Of a DNA stretch of 64,000 nucleotides, positions 9,424 to 20,233 are shown piece by piece. Each line of letters starts with the position of its first letter. The first letter of the stretch is position 1. The notes under the pieces were generated by a model. It made no database searches. It was given only the letters and a program-made list of their open reading frames with translations, and was not told where the DNA came from. The translations under genes were made by a program, and so were the position numbers. Source of the stretch: Candidatus Eiseniibacteriota bacterium (GTDB lineage Bacteria; Eisenbacteria; RBG-16-71-46). The stretch is from the NCBI GenBank assembly GCA_044222065.1, contig JBGAOA010000003.1:40302-104301 (forward strand), read 5' to 3'.

Positions 9424-10794
9424 ATGACCGACGACGCGACCGCACTCCGAATCCTCGTCGCCGACGACGACACCGACGTGCTCGCCGCGCTCCAACTGCT
9501 GCTCCGGGGCGAGGGCTGGCAGGTCGAGACCGCGACGTCGCCGGCGCTCGCGCTCGCGGCCCGCGAGTCCCGCGACTACGACGTCGCGCAGCTCGACCTG
9601 AAAAACGCGCGCGACACGACGACCGGGCAGGAGGGCCTGCAGCTCATCGAGCGGCTGCGCGCGCTCGACTCCACGCTGCCCGTGGTCGTGATGACCGCGT
9701 GGGGGAGCGTCGAGGGCGCGGTCGAGGCGGTGCGGCGCGGCGCGCGCGACTACGTGCAGAAGCCGTGGGACAACGCGCGCCTCGTGACGACGCTCCGCAG
9801 CCAGGCCGAACTCGGACAGGCGCTGCGCTCGGGGAGGCGGCTCGAATGGGAGAACCGCCTGCTGCGGCGCGACGGCGCTCCCGAGATGATCGCCGACGCT
9901 CCGGCGATGCGCGCGGTCCTCGACCTCGTGGCGCGCGTCGGGCCGTCCGACGCGCACGTGCTCGTCACCGGCGAGCACGGCACCGGCAAGGAGCTCGTCG
10001 CGCGGCTCCTGCACGCCGCCTCGCCGCGCGCGCACCGCCCGCTCGTCACCGTGAACATGGGCGGCCTGCCCGAGAGCGTGTTCGAGAGCGAGATGTTCGG
10101 TCACGTGAAGGGCGCCTTCACGGGCGCGAACGCCGATCGCGCGGGACGCTTCGAGCTCGCCGACGGCGGCACGCTGTTCCTGGACGAGATCGCGAACGTC
10201 CCGCTCGCCCAGCAGGCGAAGCTGCTGCGCGTGCTCCAGACCGGGGAGTTCGAGCGCGTCGGGTCGTCGCGCACGCGCCGCGTCGAAGTGCGCTTCATCT
10301 CGGCGACGAACGCCGACCTGCGCGAGGAAGCGCGGCTGGGGCGGTTCCGCGAGGACCTGCTGTTCCGCATCAACACGGTCGAGATCCACCTGCCGCCGCT
10401 GCGCGACCGGCGCGAGGACGTGCCCGGTCTCGCGCGCCACTTCCTGGATCTCCACGCGCGGCGCTACCGCAAGTCGCTCTCGGGATTCGACGCGGGCGCG
10501 ATGGAGGCGCTGCTCCACCACCCGTGGCCGGGCAACGTGCGCGAGCTGGACCACGTGATCGAGCGCGCCGTGCTGCTCGCGCGCGGCACGGAACTCGGCG
10601 GCGCGGACCTCGGACTCAGGCCCGCGGGGGCCGGCGGCGCGGCCGCGCTCGAACAGCTCACGCTGGACGAGGCCGAGCGCGTGCTCATCCAGCGCGCGCT
10701 CCAGCGCGCGAGCGGCAACGTGAGCGACGCGGCGAAGCTGCTCGGGCTCTCGCGCAGCGCGCTCTACCGGCGGCTCGAGCGGCACGGGCTGTGA
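9424..10794 (+). CDS. sigma54-dependent response regulator (NtrC family)
   Basis: REC domain, [14 protein letters not shown] loop, [17 protein letters not shown], Fis-type HTH. Confidence 0.95.
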   Translation: MTDDATALRILVADDDTDVLAALQLLLRGEGWQVETATSPALALAARESRDYDVAQLDLKNARDTTTGQEGLQLIERLRALDSTLPVVVMTAWGSVEGAVEAVRRGARDYVQKPWDNARLVTTLRSQAELGQALRSGRRLEWENRLLRRDGAPEMIADAPAMRAVLDLVARVGPSDAHVLVTGEHGTGKELVARLLHAASPRAHRPLVTVNMGGLPESVFESEMFGHVKGAFTGANADRAGRFELADGGTLFLDEIANVPLAQQAKLLRVLQTGEFERVGSSRTRRVEVRFISATNADLREEARLGRFREDLLFRINTVEIHLPPLRDRREDVPGLARHFLDLHARRYRKSLSGFDAGAMEALLHHPWPGNVRELDHVIERAVLLARGTELGGADLGLRPAGAGGAAALEQLTLDEAERVLIQRALQRASGNVSDAAKLLGLSRSALYRRLERHGL

Positions 10795-12146
10795 CGCCGA
10801 AGCGCGCGCGCCGCCGGAGCGGCCCCGTGCTCGAGGCGCGCCTCGCGCTCACGGCGATCGCGGGCGGCGTGCCGGCGCTCGCGCTCCTCGGCTGGGCGCT
10901 CGTGCGCGCGCGCGCCGACGGACTCGTCGTGGCGACCGCGTTCACGATCGCGGGCCTCGCGTGGCTCGCGGCGGCGATCGCGATCCACGAGCAGCTCGAG
11001 CGGCCGCTGCGCACGCTGTCGAACATGCTCGCCGCGATCCGCGAGGGCGACTACTCGATCCGCGCGCGCGGCGCCGATCCGCGCGGCGCGCTCGGGCTCG
11101 CGCTGCACGAAGTGAACGCGCTCGCGGACGGCCTGCGGCTGCACCGGCTCGAAGTCACCGAAGCGGCGGCGCTGCTGCGGCACGTCATGGACTCGATCGA
11201 GGTCGCGGTGCTGGCGTTCGACGACGCGCAGCGGCTGCGGCTCGTGAACCGCGAGGGCGAGGCGCTGCTCGGCCAGCCGGCCGAGCGCGCGCTCGGCGCG
11301 AGCGCCGCGGAACTCGGGCTCGGCGCCGCGCTCGAGGGCGACTCGCCCCGCATCGTGGAGCTGCCGGGCGCGGCGCGCGGCGGGCGCTACGAGCTGCGCC
11401 GCGGCGAGTACCGTCACGAGGGGCGGCCGCACGCGCTCGTCGTGCTGTCCGACGTCACGCGCGAGCTGCGCGCCGAGGAGCGCGCCGCGTGGCTGCGCCT
11501 CGTGCGCGTGCTGAGCCACGAGATCAACAACTCGCTCGCGCCGATCCAGTCCATCGCCGGCAGCGTCACCGCGCTGCTCTCGCGCCCGTCGCCCGACGCT
11601 GCTTCGCTCGCCGATGCGCGGCACGGCCTCGAGGTGGTGGAGGCGCGCGCGAAGAGCCTCGGCCGCTTCATGCACCACTACGCGCAGCTCGCGCGGCTCC
11701 CGGCGCCCGTGCTCGGCAGCGTGGACGTCGAGCCGTGGGTGCGGCGCGTCGCGGCGCTCGAGACGCGGCTCCCGGTCGCGGTCGAGGGCGGCCCGCGCGC
11801 CGTCGTGAGCGCCGACGGCGACCAGCTCGACGCGCTGCTCATCAATCTCGTGCGCAACGCGGCCGACGCCGCGCTCGAGACTTCGGGCGGCGTGCGCGTG
11901 CGCTGGCGGATCGACGCGGAATCGCTCGTGGTCGAGGTCGAAGACGACGGCGCCGGGCTCGCCGACACGGTCAACCTGTTCGTGCCGTTCTTCACGACCA
12001 AGCCCGACGGCTCGGGGATCGGCCTCGCCCTGTGCCGCCAGATCGCCGAGGCGCACGGCGGCCGGGTCGCGCTCGAGAACCGCCCGGGCGGCCGCGGCGC
12101 GCTCGCGACCGCACGCCTGCCGAGGCACGCCTCGACCGCGGGCTGA
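10791..12146 (+). CDS. Sensor histidine kinase (2 TM, HAMP/PAS-like, HisKA, HATPase)
   Basis: GTG overlapping the upstream stop; LSHEINNSLAPI H-box, INLVRNA N-box, DDGAG, FFTTKPDGSGIGL. Confidence 0.93.
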   Translation: MTPKRARRRSGPVLEARLALTAIAGGVPALALLGWALVRARADGLVVATAFTIAGLAWLAAAIAIHEQLERPLRTLSNMLAAIREGDYSIRARGADPRGALGLALHEVNALADGLRLHRLEVTEAAALLRHVMDSIEVAVLAFDDAQRLRLVNREGEALLGQPAERALGASAAELGLGAALEGDSPRIVELPGAARGGRYELRRGEYRHEGRPHALVVLSDVTRELRAEERAAWLRLVRVLSHEINNSLAPIQSIAGSVTALLSRPSPDAASLADARHGLEVVEARAKSLGRFMHHYAQLARLPAPVLGSVDVEPWVRRVAALETRLPVAVEGGPRAVVSADGDQLDALLINLVRNAADAALETSGGVRVRWRIDAESLVVEVEDDGAGLADTVNLFVPFFTTKPDGSGIGLALCRQIAEAHGGRVALENRPGGRGALATARLPRHASTAG

Positions 12147-12252
12147 GCCGGGCCGGCCCGGGTCCGCGGCGCCACGTGTCCCCTCGCACGGCCCGATTGC
12201 GTTCGGGGAGGGGAAGCGCCGTTCCCGCCGCCCGTCCGTTTGCGAGGCCCTC

Positions 12253-14694
12253 ATGCTCCAACGCATCGCTCCGCGCCGCGCGCGTTCGCTGCCCGTCCTC
12301 GGTGGGGCAGCGTGGATCGCGCTGGCCCTCGTTTCCCCGGCGCGCGCGATCGAGACCGTGCGCCCCGACCTGTGGGTCGCGAACGGCTCCGTGCTCGCGA
12401 TGGCGCGCAGCGGGAACACACTGTTCCTCGGCGGCTCGTTCGACCACGTGGGGCCCGCGACCGGCTGCTTCGCGTGGGTGGACACGTCGAGCGGCGCGCC
12501 CACGACGCCGACGGACCGCGTGCTCGCGAACCTCGGCGCCGACTACGGCGTGCTCGCTATGACCGACGACGGCGCCGGCGGCTGGTATCTCGGCGGTCGC
12601 TTCTCGCACGCGGGAGGCGTCGCGCAGACGAACCTCACGCACCTGCTCGCGGGCGGCGCGCGCGATGCGTCGTTCAACGTGGCCGCGAACGGCATCGTGC
12701 GCGCGGTGAGGCGCGTCGGCACGACGCTCTACGTCGGCGGCGAGTTCACGACGCTCGGCGGGCTCGCGCGCAACCGGCTCGGCGCGATCGACCTGACGAC
12801 CGGCGCCGTGACGGCGTGGAACCCCGCTCCGAACGCGGTCGTGCGCGCGCTCGAGGCGGGCCCCGAGTACCTGTACGTCGGCGGCGACTTCACGTCGATC
12901 GCGGGGCAGACGCGGCGCGCGCTCGTGGCGTTCTCGCTCGCGAGCGGCGCGCTCGCCGCCTGGAATCCGGGCTCGGACGGCCGCGTGTGGGCGCTGCATC
13001 TCGCCGGGCCCACGCTGTACGCGGGCGGCGGCTTCGGATCGCTCGGGGGCGCGCTGCGCAACAACGTCGCGGCGGTGGACACGGGCACGGCGCTCGCGCT
13101 CGCGAGCTGGAACCCGAACGCGAACGGCAACGTGCTGTGTCTCTCGCGCGCCGGGACCACGCTGTACGCCGGCGGACAGTTCACCGCGATCGGCGGTGCG
13201 AGCCGCAACTACGTCGCGGCGCTCGACGCGGGGAACTTCGGCGCGGCGAAGCCATGGAACCCGTCGCCCGACGCGAGCGTGAACGCCGTTGCCGCGACGG
13301 CGACGCGCGTCGCCGTCGGCGGGTCTTTCTCGAGCGTGGGCGGCGGCACGGGACGCCGTTTCTTCGCCGCCTTCGACGCGGCGAGCGGCGCGGTGCTCGA
13401 CTGGGGCGGGGGCGCGGGCGCGACCGTGCACGCGATCACGGCGTCCGGCGGATCGTTCTTCGTGGGCGGCGACTTCCGCAGCCTCGGCGGCATGCTGCGC
13501 TCGCGACTCGCGAGCCTCGACCTCGTGAGCGGCGCCGCGACCGCGTGGAATCCCGGCGCGAACAACGCCGTACAGGCGCTGTGCGCCGCCGGCGACACGC
13601 TGTACGCCGGCGGCGCGTTCTCGACCACGGGCGCGCAGGCGCGCGCCTCGCTCGCGTCCTATCGCATCTCGACCGGCGCGCTCACGGCGTGGAATCCCGG
13701 CACGAACAGCATCGTGTACGCGCTGTCCGCGGGCGGCGACCGGCTGCACGTCGGCGGCGCGTTCACGACGATCGCGGGACAGCCGCGCAATCGCGCCGCC
13801 GCGTTCACGCGCTCGAGCGGCGCGCTCGAGGCGTTCGATCCGAACGCGAACGGCATCGTGTACGCGTTCGCCGACGCCGGCGGCGCGCTGTTCGTGGGCG
13901 GCGCGTTCACGACGCTCGGCGGCCAGCCGCGCAGCCGGCTCGCGCGCCTCGATCCCGCGACGGGCGGCTCGGCGCCGTGGGGCGCGACGCTGAACGGCGA
14001 CGTGTACGCGCTCGCGCGCAAGGGCGGCGTGCTCTACGCGGGCGGCGGGTTCACGTCGGTCAACACCACGTTCACGGGCTGCACGGCGGCGTTCGACACG
14101 TCCGGCACGCCGCTGCCGTGGACGACGCTCGTCGGGAACACCGTGTACGCGGTCGCGAACGCGGGCGCGTCGCTCTACGCGGGCGGCGGCTTCACGAGCG
14201 CGAGCGGGGGACAGCAGCGCTTCTACCTCTGCGCCGCCGATGCCGCGGGCGGCGCGCTCCTCGGCTGGAATCCCGCGGCGGGCGCCGCGGTGCGCTGCCT
14301 CCTCGCGGAGCCCGGACGCGTGTGGGTCGGCGGCGACTTCCCGTACGTGTCGCTCGCGCCCCACAGCGGAATCGCCGAAATCGCCGACCCCTCGACCGCG
14401 GGGGTGGACGACGCGCCGCCGCTGCGGGCGCAGGCCCTCGCGCTCGCCGCGGCGCCGACGCCGGCGCGCGGCGCGACGACGCTGCGCTTCGCGCTGCCGG
14501 TCCCGGCGCGCGTGACGCTGCGCGTGTTCGACGTCGCGGGCCGCGAGGTCGCGCGCCCGCTCGACCGCGCGCCGCTCGCGGCCGGCGCGCACGCGGTGCC
14601 GCTCGCGCTGGCCGCGCTCCGCCCCGGGCTCTACGGGTGCGGGCTCGAGGCGGACGGAGCGCGCGGGGCCGCTCGACTCGTCGTCACGCGCTGA
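12253..14694 (+). CDS. Secreted beta-propeller repeat protein with C-terminal FlgD-Ig/T9SS-like domain
   Basis: Signal peptide; about 12 repeats of WNP..N..V.A.....TLY(V/A)GG.FT..GG..R; C-terminal PTPARGATTLRFAL...LRVFDVAGREV. Confidence 0.8.
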   Translation: MLQRIAPRRARSLPVLGGAAWIALALVSPARAIETVRPDLWVANGSVLAMARSGNTLFLGGSFDHVGPATGCFAWVDTSSGAPTTPTDRVLANLGADYGVLAMTDDGAGGWYLGGRFSHAGGVAQTNLTHLLAGGARDASFNVAANGIVRAVRRVGTTLYVGGEFTTLGGLARNRLGAIDLTTGAVTAWNPAPNAVVRALEAGPEYLYVGGDFTSIAGQTRRALVAFSLASGALAAWNPGSDGRVWALHLAGPTLYAGGGFGSLGGALRNNVAAVDTGTALALASWNPNANGNVLCLSRAGTTLYAGGQFTAIGGASRNYVAALDAGNFGAAKPWNPSPDASVNAVAATATRVAVGGSFSSVGGGTGRRFFAAFDAASGAVLDWGGGAGATVHAITASGGSFFVGGDFRSLGGMLRSRLASLDLVSGAATAWNPGANNAVQALCAAGDTLYAGGAFSTTGAQARASLASYRISTGALTAWNPGTNSIVYALSAGGDRLHVGGAFTTIAGQPRNRAAAFTRSSGALEAFDPNANGIVYAFADAGGALFVGGAFTTLGGQPRSRLARLDPATGGSAPWGATLNGDVYALARKGGVLYAGGGFTSVNTTFTGCTAAFDTSGTPLPWTTLVGNTVYAVANAGASLYAGGGFTSASGGQQRFYLCAADAAGGALLGWNPAAGAAVRCLLAEPGRVWVGGDFPYVSLAPHSGIAEIADPSTAGVDDAPPLRAQALALAAAPTPARGATTLRFALPVPARVTLRVFDVAGREVARPLDRAPLAAGAHAVPLALAALRPGLYGCGLEADGARGAARLVVTR

Positions 14695-14696
14695 AG

Positions 14697-14733
14697 GCGC
14701 CGTCCCGTCGCGGGCCGCGCGACGGGACGGCGC
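14697..14733. terminator. Perfect 16-bp stem hairpin between convergent genes
   Basis: GCGCCGTCCCGTCGCG-GGCCG-CGCGACGGGACGGCGC; no U-tract. Confidence 0.55.
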
Positions 14734-14739
14734 GCGCGG

Positions 14740-16080
14740 TCAGCGGGCCGCGCCCGTGAGGTCCGCGGGCAGGCGCGGCGAGGCGAGCAGCGTCTCGTAG
14801 AGCGACCAGCGCCGGTCGGGATGCGCCTCGTCGCCGCCGTTCGCCGCGAGCCAGTCGTTCACGATCTTGCGGCCGAGCCAGTAGTTCACGACGTACGTGC
14901 GGTAGCGCCCGGCGAAGCTCAGGTCCTTCTCGGCGCGCTCCTTCGTGCGCAGCCCGAGCGTCGTCGCGCGCTCGATCGCCTGCTCGCGCGTGAGGTGGCC
15001 GTCCAGCCACTGGCGCGCGTTCTCGGTGCCGAAGCCCGCGAGTCCCTCGAGAGCCTCGCGCACGCGCGCGTAGCGGTCGTACTCGCGCGGATCGAGCCCG
15101 GCGAGCGGGAACAGCGTGCCCTTCTCGAACGCCGTCCGCTCCTCGCCCGGGAACGCGATCTCGGGCGCGACCACCGCCGTGCCCTCGGCGATCAGCGACT
15201 GCGGCGAATAGAGCGGATAGATCTGGAACTCGCGCCAGCCGCGCTCGCGCGCGAGCGCGCGCTCGAGCAGCAGGTTGTAGACGTGATGGCCGGGGTAGCC
15301 CTCGTGGCACGCGAGGTCGATCGCGCGGTCGATGTAGATCGGCAGGTCGGTGTTCACCTGGATCAGGCTGCGCGCGCCGCCCTGGTACCAGTTGTAGCCG
15401 CTCCACGGCTGGTCCTTCACGTACTCGACCGTGAACGTCTCGGAGTCGGGCAGCGCGAGGTGTGCCTTCGTGCGCCGGCGCGCCTCCGCGATCGCGGCGT
15501 CGAACACCGCCGCGAACTTCTTCGGCGGGATCACGAAGCGCCGGCGGTAGGCCTCGAGCCGCGCCGTGAGCGGACCCGGTCCGGGCAGCAGCGAGTCGAG
15601 CGCCGCGAGCGCGGGCGCGAGCGTCGAATCCTCGACGGGCGGCGCGACGACGTCCGACAGCGCCTTCGACTCCGCATCGAAGCCCGGCTTCTCACCCTCG
15701 AGCATGCGGGTGCGGAACGACAGCGCGGCGAGCTGCGCGCGCACGTAGCGGTGGCGGAGCGGCCACAGCGAGTCCGGGCTCGCGGCGGGCGCGCCCGCGA
15801 GTGCCCCCACGATCGAGTCCGCTTCGGCGCGGATGCGCGCGAGCGAGATCGAGTCGTGATCGGCCTCGACCTTCCACTCGGGCGGCCCGTAGTAGGCGTC
15901 CACGTAGTCCGGGTCGTGGCGCCCGAGCGCGAGCGCGAGCTTCACGTAGCGCTCGGCGGCGCGCTCGAGCACGGCGGGGTCGGGCGACTTCGCGGCGGGC
16001 GCGCAGCCAGCGAGCGCCCCGAACGCGATGAGGGCGATTGCGGCGAACGGGCGTCTCGAGGATCGGATCACGTCGGTCAT
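14740..16080 (-). CDS. Lipoprotein, DUF885-like putative zinc metallopeptidase
   Basis: Lipobox LAGC; HEGYPGHH motif and downstream AEG. Confidence 0.7.
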   Translation of the reverse strand: MTDVIRSSRRPFAAIALIAFGALAGCAPAAKSPDPAVLERAAERYVKLALALGRHDPDYVDAYYGPPEWKVEADHDSISLARIRAEADSIVGALAGAPAASPDSLWPLRHRYVRAQLAALSFRTRMLEGEKPGFDAESKALSDVVAPPVEDSTLAPALAALDSLLPGPGPLTARLEAYRRRFVIPPKKFAAVFDAAIAEARRRTKAHLALPDSETFTVEYVKDQPWSGYNWYQGGARSLIQVNTDLPIYIDRAIDLACHEGYPGHHVYNLLLERALARERGWREFQIYPLYSPQSLIAEGTAVVAPEIAFPGEERTAFEKGTLFPLAGLDPREYDRYARVREALEGLAGFGTENARQWLDGHLTREQAIERATTLGLRTKERAEKDLSFAGRYRTYVVNYWLGRKIVNDWLAANGGDEAHPDRRWSLYETLLASPRLPADLTGAAR

Positions 16081-16263
16081 GCGGGCTCCTTCGGTGGGAA
16101 TCGGGGCACGCTAGCACGGCGACGCGAAGCCGCGAGCGCTGCATACCCCGCGGCGTGACCACCGCCGGCGCCCGGCCGACGGGCGCGCGAGCCCGGGAGT
16201 CTCCGGCGCGTGCGGTATCCTGCGGCTCCCGAGCGTTCGCACGCACACACGACGAGGTCCGAC

Positions 16264-16770
16264 ATGTCGCACGAATACCAGGTGTTCCTCGACACCCTCG
16301 ATGCGGAGGCGCCCCGCACGATCGCGCTGCTCAAGGCGCTGCCCGAGTCGCAGTACGACTTCCGTCCCGACCCGGCGCTGCGCTCCGTCGGCGAGCTGGC
16401 GTGGCACCTCGCCGAGATCGAGGCGCTGATGGCGCACGGCATCACGAAAGGCGCCTTCGCGCTCGGCGACCGTCCCGCGGGCAGCGAGCGTCCGCGCACG
16501 ATCGCGGAACTCGCGCCGGGCTTCGAGCGCGTGCACGCCGACGCGATGGCGAAACTGCGCGCGCTCGCCGGCCTCGACTTCGACCGACCGCTGACGTTCT
16601 TCGGCGGCCGCACGATGCCGATCCGCCGCATCCTGTGGGACGCGATGCTGCACCATCAGCTCCATCATCGCGGCCAGCTCGCGCTGCTCTGCCGGCTCGC
16701 GGGCGGCGTGCCGCCCGGGCTCTACGGCCCGACGCGCGAGGAGATGGCCGCGCTGCGCGCGAAGGGCTGA
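16264..16770 (+). CDS. DinB family protein
   Basis: [10 protein letters not shown] and [10 protein letters not shown] motifs, PPGLYGP tail. Confidence 0.88.
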   Translation: MSHEYQVFLDTLDAEAPRTIALLKALPESQYDFRPDPALRSVGELAWHLAEIEALMAHGITKGAFALGDRPAGSERPRTIAELAPGFERVHADAMAKLRALAGLDFDRPLTFFGGRTMPIRRILWDAMLHHQLHHRGQLALLCRLAGGVPPGLYGPTREEMAALRAKG

Positions 16771-16897
16771 TCCGATCGGCGCCGCCGCGCGCGGCGGTGG
16801 CCGTTCGCGCGCCCGCTGCACTATCCTGCCGGGCCATCGTCCGCGCCGCGGACGGTGGCCCTGCCGTTCGCGCGCACTCCACCGGGACCGACGCCGC

Positions 16898-18505
16898 ATG
16901 GAATTGATCGAGTCGCACCTCGACACGAAGAGCGAGGAGTTCCAGACCAACGCCGCGCACCACCGGGCGCTCGCCGCCGACCTCAAGGCGCGGCTCGCCG
17001 CGGTGAAGCAGGGCGGCGGCCCCGAGCTGGTGAAGCGCCACACCTCGCGCGGCAAGTTGTTCGTGCGCGAGCGCATCGAGCGCCTGCTCGATCCCGGCAC
17101 CGCGTTCCTCGAGCTGTCGCCGCTCGCCGCGAACGGGCTCTACGAGGGCGAGGCTCCGAGCGCCGGCATCGTCACCGGCATCGGCGTCGTGAAGGGCCGC
17201 ACCGTGCTCGTCGTGGCGAACGACGCGACCGTGAAGGGCGGCAGCTACCTCCCGATGACCGTGAAGAAGCACGTGCGCGCTCAGGAGATCGCGCTCGAGA
17301 ACCGGCTGCCGTGCGTGTACCTCGTGGACTCCGGCGGCGCGTTCCTGCCGCTCCAGGCCGACGTGTTCCCCGACCGCGACCACTTCGGGCGCATCTTCTA
17401 CAACCAGGCGCGCATGTCGGCGCAGGGCATCGCGCAGGTCGCGATCGTCATGGGCTCGTGCACCGCGGGCGGCGCGTACGTGCCGGCGATGAGCGACGAG
17501 GCCGTGATCGTGAAGAACCAGGGCACGATCTTCCTCGGCGGCCCGCCGCTCGTGAAGGCCGCGACGGGGGAAGAGGTGACGGCCGAGGAGCTGGGCGGCG
17601 GCGACGTGCACACGCGCATCTCGGGCGTGGCCGATCACCTCGCCGACGACGACGCGCACGCGCTCGAGATCGCGCGCGACATCATTTCGCACCTCGGCGC
17701 GGTGCCGCGCGCCGCACTCGACCTCGCCGCGCCCGAGCCGCCGAAGTACGACCCGGCCGAGATCTACGGCCTGCTGCCGACCGAGCTGCGCAAGCCGGTG
17801 GACATGCACGAACTGATCGCGCGGCTCGTGGACGGCTCGCGCTTCCACGAGTTCAAGGCGCGCTACGGCACGACGCTCGTCACCGGCTTCGCGCACCTGA
17901 ACGGCGTGCCGGTCGCGATCCTCGCGAACCAGGGCGTGTTGTTCAGCGACAGCGCGCTCAAGGCGACGCACTTCATCGAACTCGCGAGCCAGCGCGGCAC
18001 GCCGCTCCTGTTCCTGCAGAACGTCAGCGGCTACATCGTCGGCAAGCAGTACGAGCACGGCGGGATCGCGAAGGACGGCGCGAAGATGGTGCACGCGGTC
18101 GCGAACGCGCCGGTGCCGAAGCTCACGGTGATCGTCGGCGGCAGCTTCGGCGCCGGCAACTACGGCATGTGCGGGCGCGCCTACCAGCCGCGCTTCCTCT
18201 TCATGTGGCCCGGCAGCCGCATCAGCGTGATGGGCGGCGAGCAGGCCGCGAGCGTGCTCGCGCAGGTGAAGTCGGCGCAGCTCGAGGCGGCGGGGAAGTC
18301 GCTCTCGGCCGACGAGGAGCGCGCGATCAAGCAGCCCGTGCTCGAGAAGTACGAGACCGAGGGCAGCCCGTACTACTCGACCGCGCGCCTCTGGGACGAC
18401 GGCGTGATCGATCCGGCCGAGACGCGCACGGTGCTGTCGCTCGCGCTCGCCGCGGCGCTCAACGCGCCGATCCCGCCCGCGAAGTTCGGCGTGTTCCGGA
18501 TGTAG
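16898..18505 (+). CDS. liuB: Methylcrotonoyl-CoA carboxylase beta (carboxyltransferase) subunit
   Basis: [53 protein letters not shown], terminal FGVFRM. Confidence 0.9.
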   Translation: MELIESHLDTKSEEFQTNAAHHRALAADLKARLAAVKQGGGPELVKRHTSRGKLFVRERIERLLDPGTAFLELSPLAANGLYEGEAPSAGIVTGIGVVKGRTVLVVANDATVKGGSYLPMTVKKHVRAQEIALENRLPCVYLVDSGGAFLPLQADVFPDRDHFGRIFYNQARMSAQGIAQVAIVMGSCTAGGAYVPAMSDEAVIVKNQGTIFLGGPPLVKAATGEEVTAEELGGGDVHTRISGVADHLADDDAHALEIARDIISHLGAVPRAALDLAAPEPPKYDPAEIYGLLPTELRKPVDMHELIARLVDGSRFHEFKARYGTTLVTGFAHLNGVPVAILANQGVLFSDSALKATHFIELASQRGTPLLFLQNVSGYIVGKQYEHGGIAKDGAKMVHAVANAPVPKLTVIVGGSFGAGNYGMCGRAYQPRFLFMWPGSRISVMGGEQAASVLAQVKSAQLEAAGKSLSADEERAIKQPVLEKYETEGSPYYSTARLWDDGVIDPAETRTVLSLALAAALNAPIPPAKFGVFRM

Positions 18506-18516
18506 GAGGGGGGAAC

Positions 18517-19326
18517 GTGCGCGCGATCGAAACGCGGACGATCCAGAGCTGGTCCCACCTGCAGGACGAGCTGTTCCTCGACGCGCTGGACCAGCGACTG
18601 GACCGCTTCCGTTCGCCGTTCCTGTTCCGCGGCATGGATCGCGCGACGTGGAACCTCGCGACGACGCTCATGCGGCTCGGCGGCGAATTCGCGCGGCTCG
18701 AGCGTCCGATGCTGCGCAACTTCCGAAAGTACGCGCCCAACGCCGTCGTCGAGCAGGACACGGTGTGGAACTGGCTCGCGCTGGCACAGCACCACGGACT
18801 TCCCACGCGGCTCCTCGACTGGACGTTCTCGCCGCTCGTCGCCGTGCACTTCGCCGTGTGGAAGGACGAGCACATGAAGGAGCCCGGCGCGATCTGGATG
18901 GTCGACTCCTGGGACGTGCGTCGGTACTACCCGGAACGAGTCGAGAAGGTGGCGCGTCGCGAGTACGCGGCCGGACTGGACGTCCACATGCTCTCGGAGG
19001 TGTTCCAGTCGCTCGACCAGCTCGACGAGTTCGGCGACCCGCCGATCGCTCTGTTCTTCGAGCCGCCCTCGATCGACGACCGCATCGCGAATCAGGCCGG
19101 AGTGCTCTCGGTGCTGTCGGACCCGGGGATCGCGATGGACGACTGGCTCGTCACGCGTGACGTGCGAACGATCAAGCTCGTGATCCCGCCCGAGCGGAAG
19201 TGGGAGATCCGCGACAAGCTCGACCACTGCAACATCAACGAGCGGGTGCTGTTCCCGGGGCTCGACGGCCTCAGTCAGTGGCTGAAGCGCTACTACAGCC
19301 CGGGTGCTGGGCGGGGAAAGCCGTGA
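18517..19326 (+). CDS. FRG domain-containing protein
   Basis: GTG after AGGAGG; FLFRG, AQHHGLPTRLLDWTFSPLVAVHFA, RIANQAG, LFPGLDGL. Confidence 0.88.
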   Translation: MRAIETRTIQSWSHLQDELFLDALDQRLDRFRSPFLFRGMDRATWNLATTLMRLGGEFARLERPMLRNFRKYAPNAVVEQDTVWNWLALAQHHGLPTRLLDWTFSPLVAVHFAVWKDEHMKEPGAIWMVDSWDVRRYYPERVEKVARREYAAGLDVHMLSEVFQSLDQLDEFGDPPIALFFEPPSIDDRIANQAGVLSVLSDPGIAMDDWLVTRDVRTIKLVIPPERKWEIRDKLDHCNINERVLFPGLDGLSQWLKRYYSPGAGRGKP

Positions 19327-19503
19327 GCCCTGCGCCGCAAGGCGCCTTGTAACTCCTTCCGCGCCGGCCGCCCGATTCCACAATCCACACGCCGCGCCTC
19401 GCCGGCCGGCCCGCGAAGCCGTTGCGCCGCACCGTGCCGCTTCCCGGCACGCCGCTCGCTGGCCTTGGACTCCGGCTCCCAACGGCCGCGAGAGGAGGTC
19501 CCG

Positions 19504-20073
19504 ATGACCGCGTTCACGATCCCACCCGGAGTCCGCTTCGTCCGCCGCGTGCTGGCCGGCGGCCTCGTGCTCCTGATCGCGCTGCTCGTCGGCGTCGCGA
19601 TCGCGCGCGCCGGCGAGATCGTCCCGTCGGTCGGGCTCACGCGCCCGGTGCACGGCGACGAGACCAAGACGTACGTCGGACTCGCGCTGCGCGGAAACCT
19701 CGTGCCGGTCGTGCAGACCGAGGTCGCGATCGCGCTCCGGGGCGAGGATCGCTTCGGCGACGCGGGCTCGGTGAAGCTGTGGCCCGTCACGGCGTCGCTG
19801 TGGCTGACGCCGGTGCCGACGCTCTACGCAGGCGCAGGCGTGGGCTGGTATCACACGACGGTCGAGTCCCCGCTGCCCGGCGGCTCGAGCTCGACCGACG
19901 AGCAGTTCGGCGTCCACGTCGGCGGCGGCTTCAAGGTGCCGGTCGCGCCCGCGGCGGCGATCGACCTCGGCGGGCGCTACGTGATGATGCGCGAGCAGTC
20001 GGCGCGCCTCGTGCCCGAGCGCTTCGACCCCGACTTCTGGACTCTGTCCGCAGGCCTCGCGGTGCGCTTCTAG
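19504..20073 (+). CDS. Small outer-membrane beta-barrel protein
   Basis: Signal peptide, alternating beta-strands (LYAGAGVGWY, FGVHVGGGF), C-terminal Phe (GLAVRF). Confidence 0.8.
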   Translation: MTAFTIPPGVRFVRRVLAGGLVLLIALLVGVAIARAGEIVPSVGLTRPVHGDETKTYVGLALRGNLVPVVQTEVAIALRGEDRFGDAGSVKLWPVTASLWLTPVPTLYAGAGVGWYHTTVESPLPGGSSSTDEQFGVHVGGGFKVPVAPAAAIDLGGRYVMMREQSARLVPERFDPDFWTLSAGLAVRF

Positions 20074-20098
20074 TCGCCCCTTCCCCCGACGCACCGCC

Positions 20099-20138
20099 GC
20101 GCGCCGCCCTTCAGTGACCGGGGGCGGCGCGCCCTTTT
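20099..20138 (+). terminator. Rho-independent terminator
   Basis: GCGCGCCGCCC / GGGCGGCGCGC 11-bp stem followed by CCTTTT. Confidence 0.65.
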
Positions 20139-20169
20139 GGCCCCCGCGACGCCCGGCCGAAATTCCCTC

Positions 20170-20215
20170 TTGACGAAGTTTGACCCGAGGTTCAAATTTC
20201 GACGCGACGTTCAAG
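20170..20215 (+). promoter_or_regulatory. sigma70-like promoter overlapped by two tandem 18-bp operator-like sites
   Basis: TTGACG (20170-20175)-N17-CAAATT; TTTGACCCGAGGTTCAAA (20179-20196, imperfect palindrome) and TTCGACGCGACGTTCAAG (20198-20215), 14/18 identical. Confidence 0.55.
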
Positions 20216-20233
20216 TTCGTCCGGAGGTTCGTC

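Noticed and set aside
19504-20073. Outer-membrane barrel as an aromatic-uptake channel of the bcr operon
   Set aside because: It is a small barrel unlike FadL/OprD-type channels and is separated from the operon by a terminator
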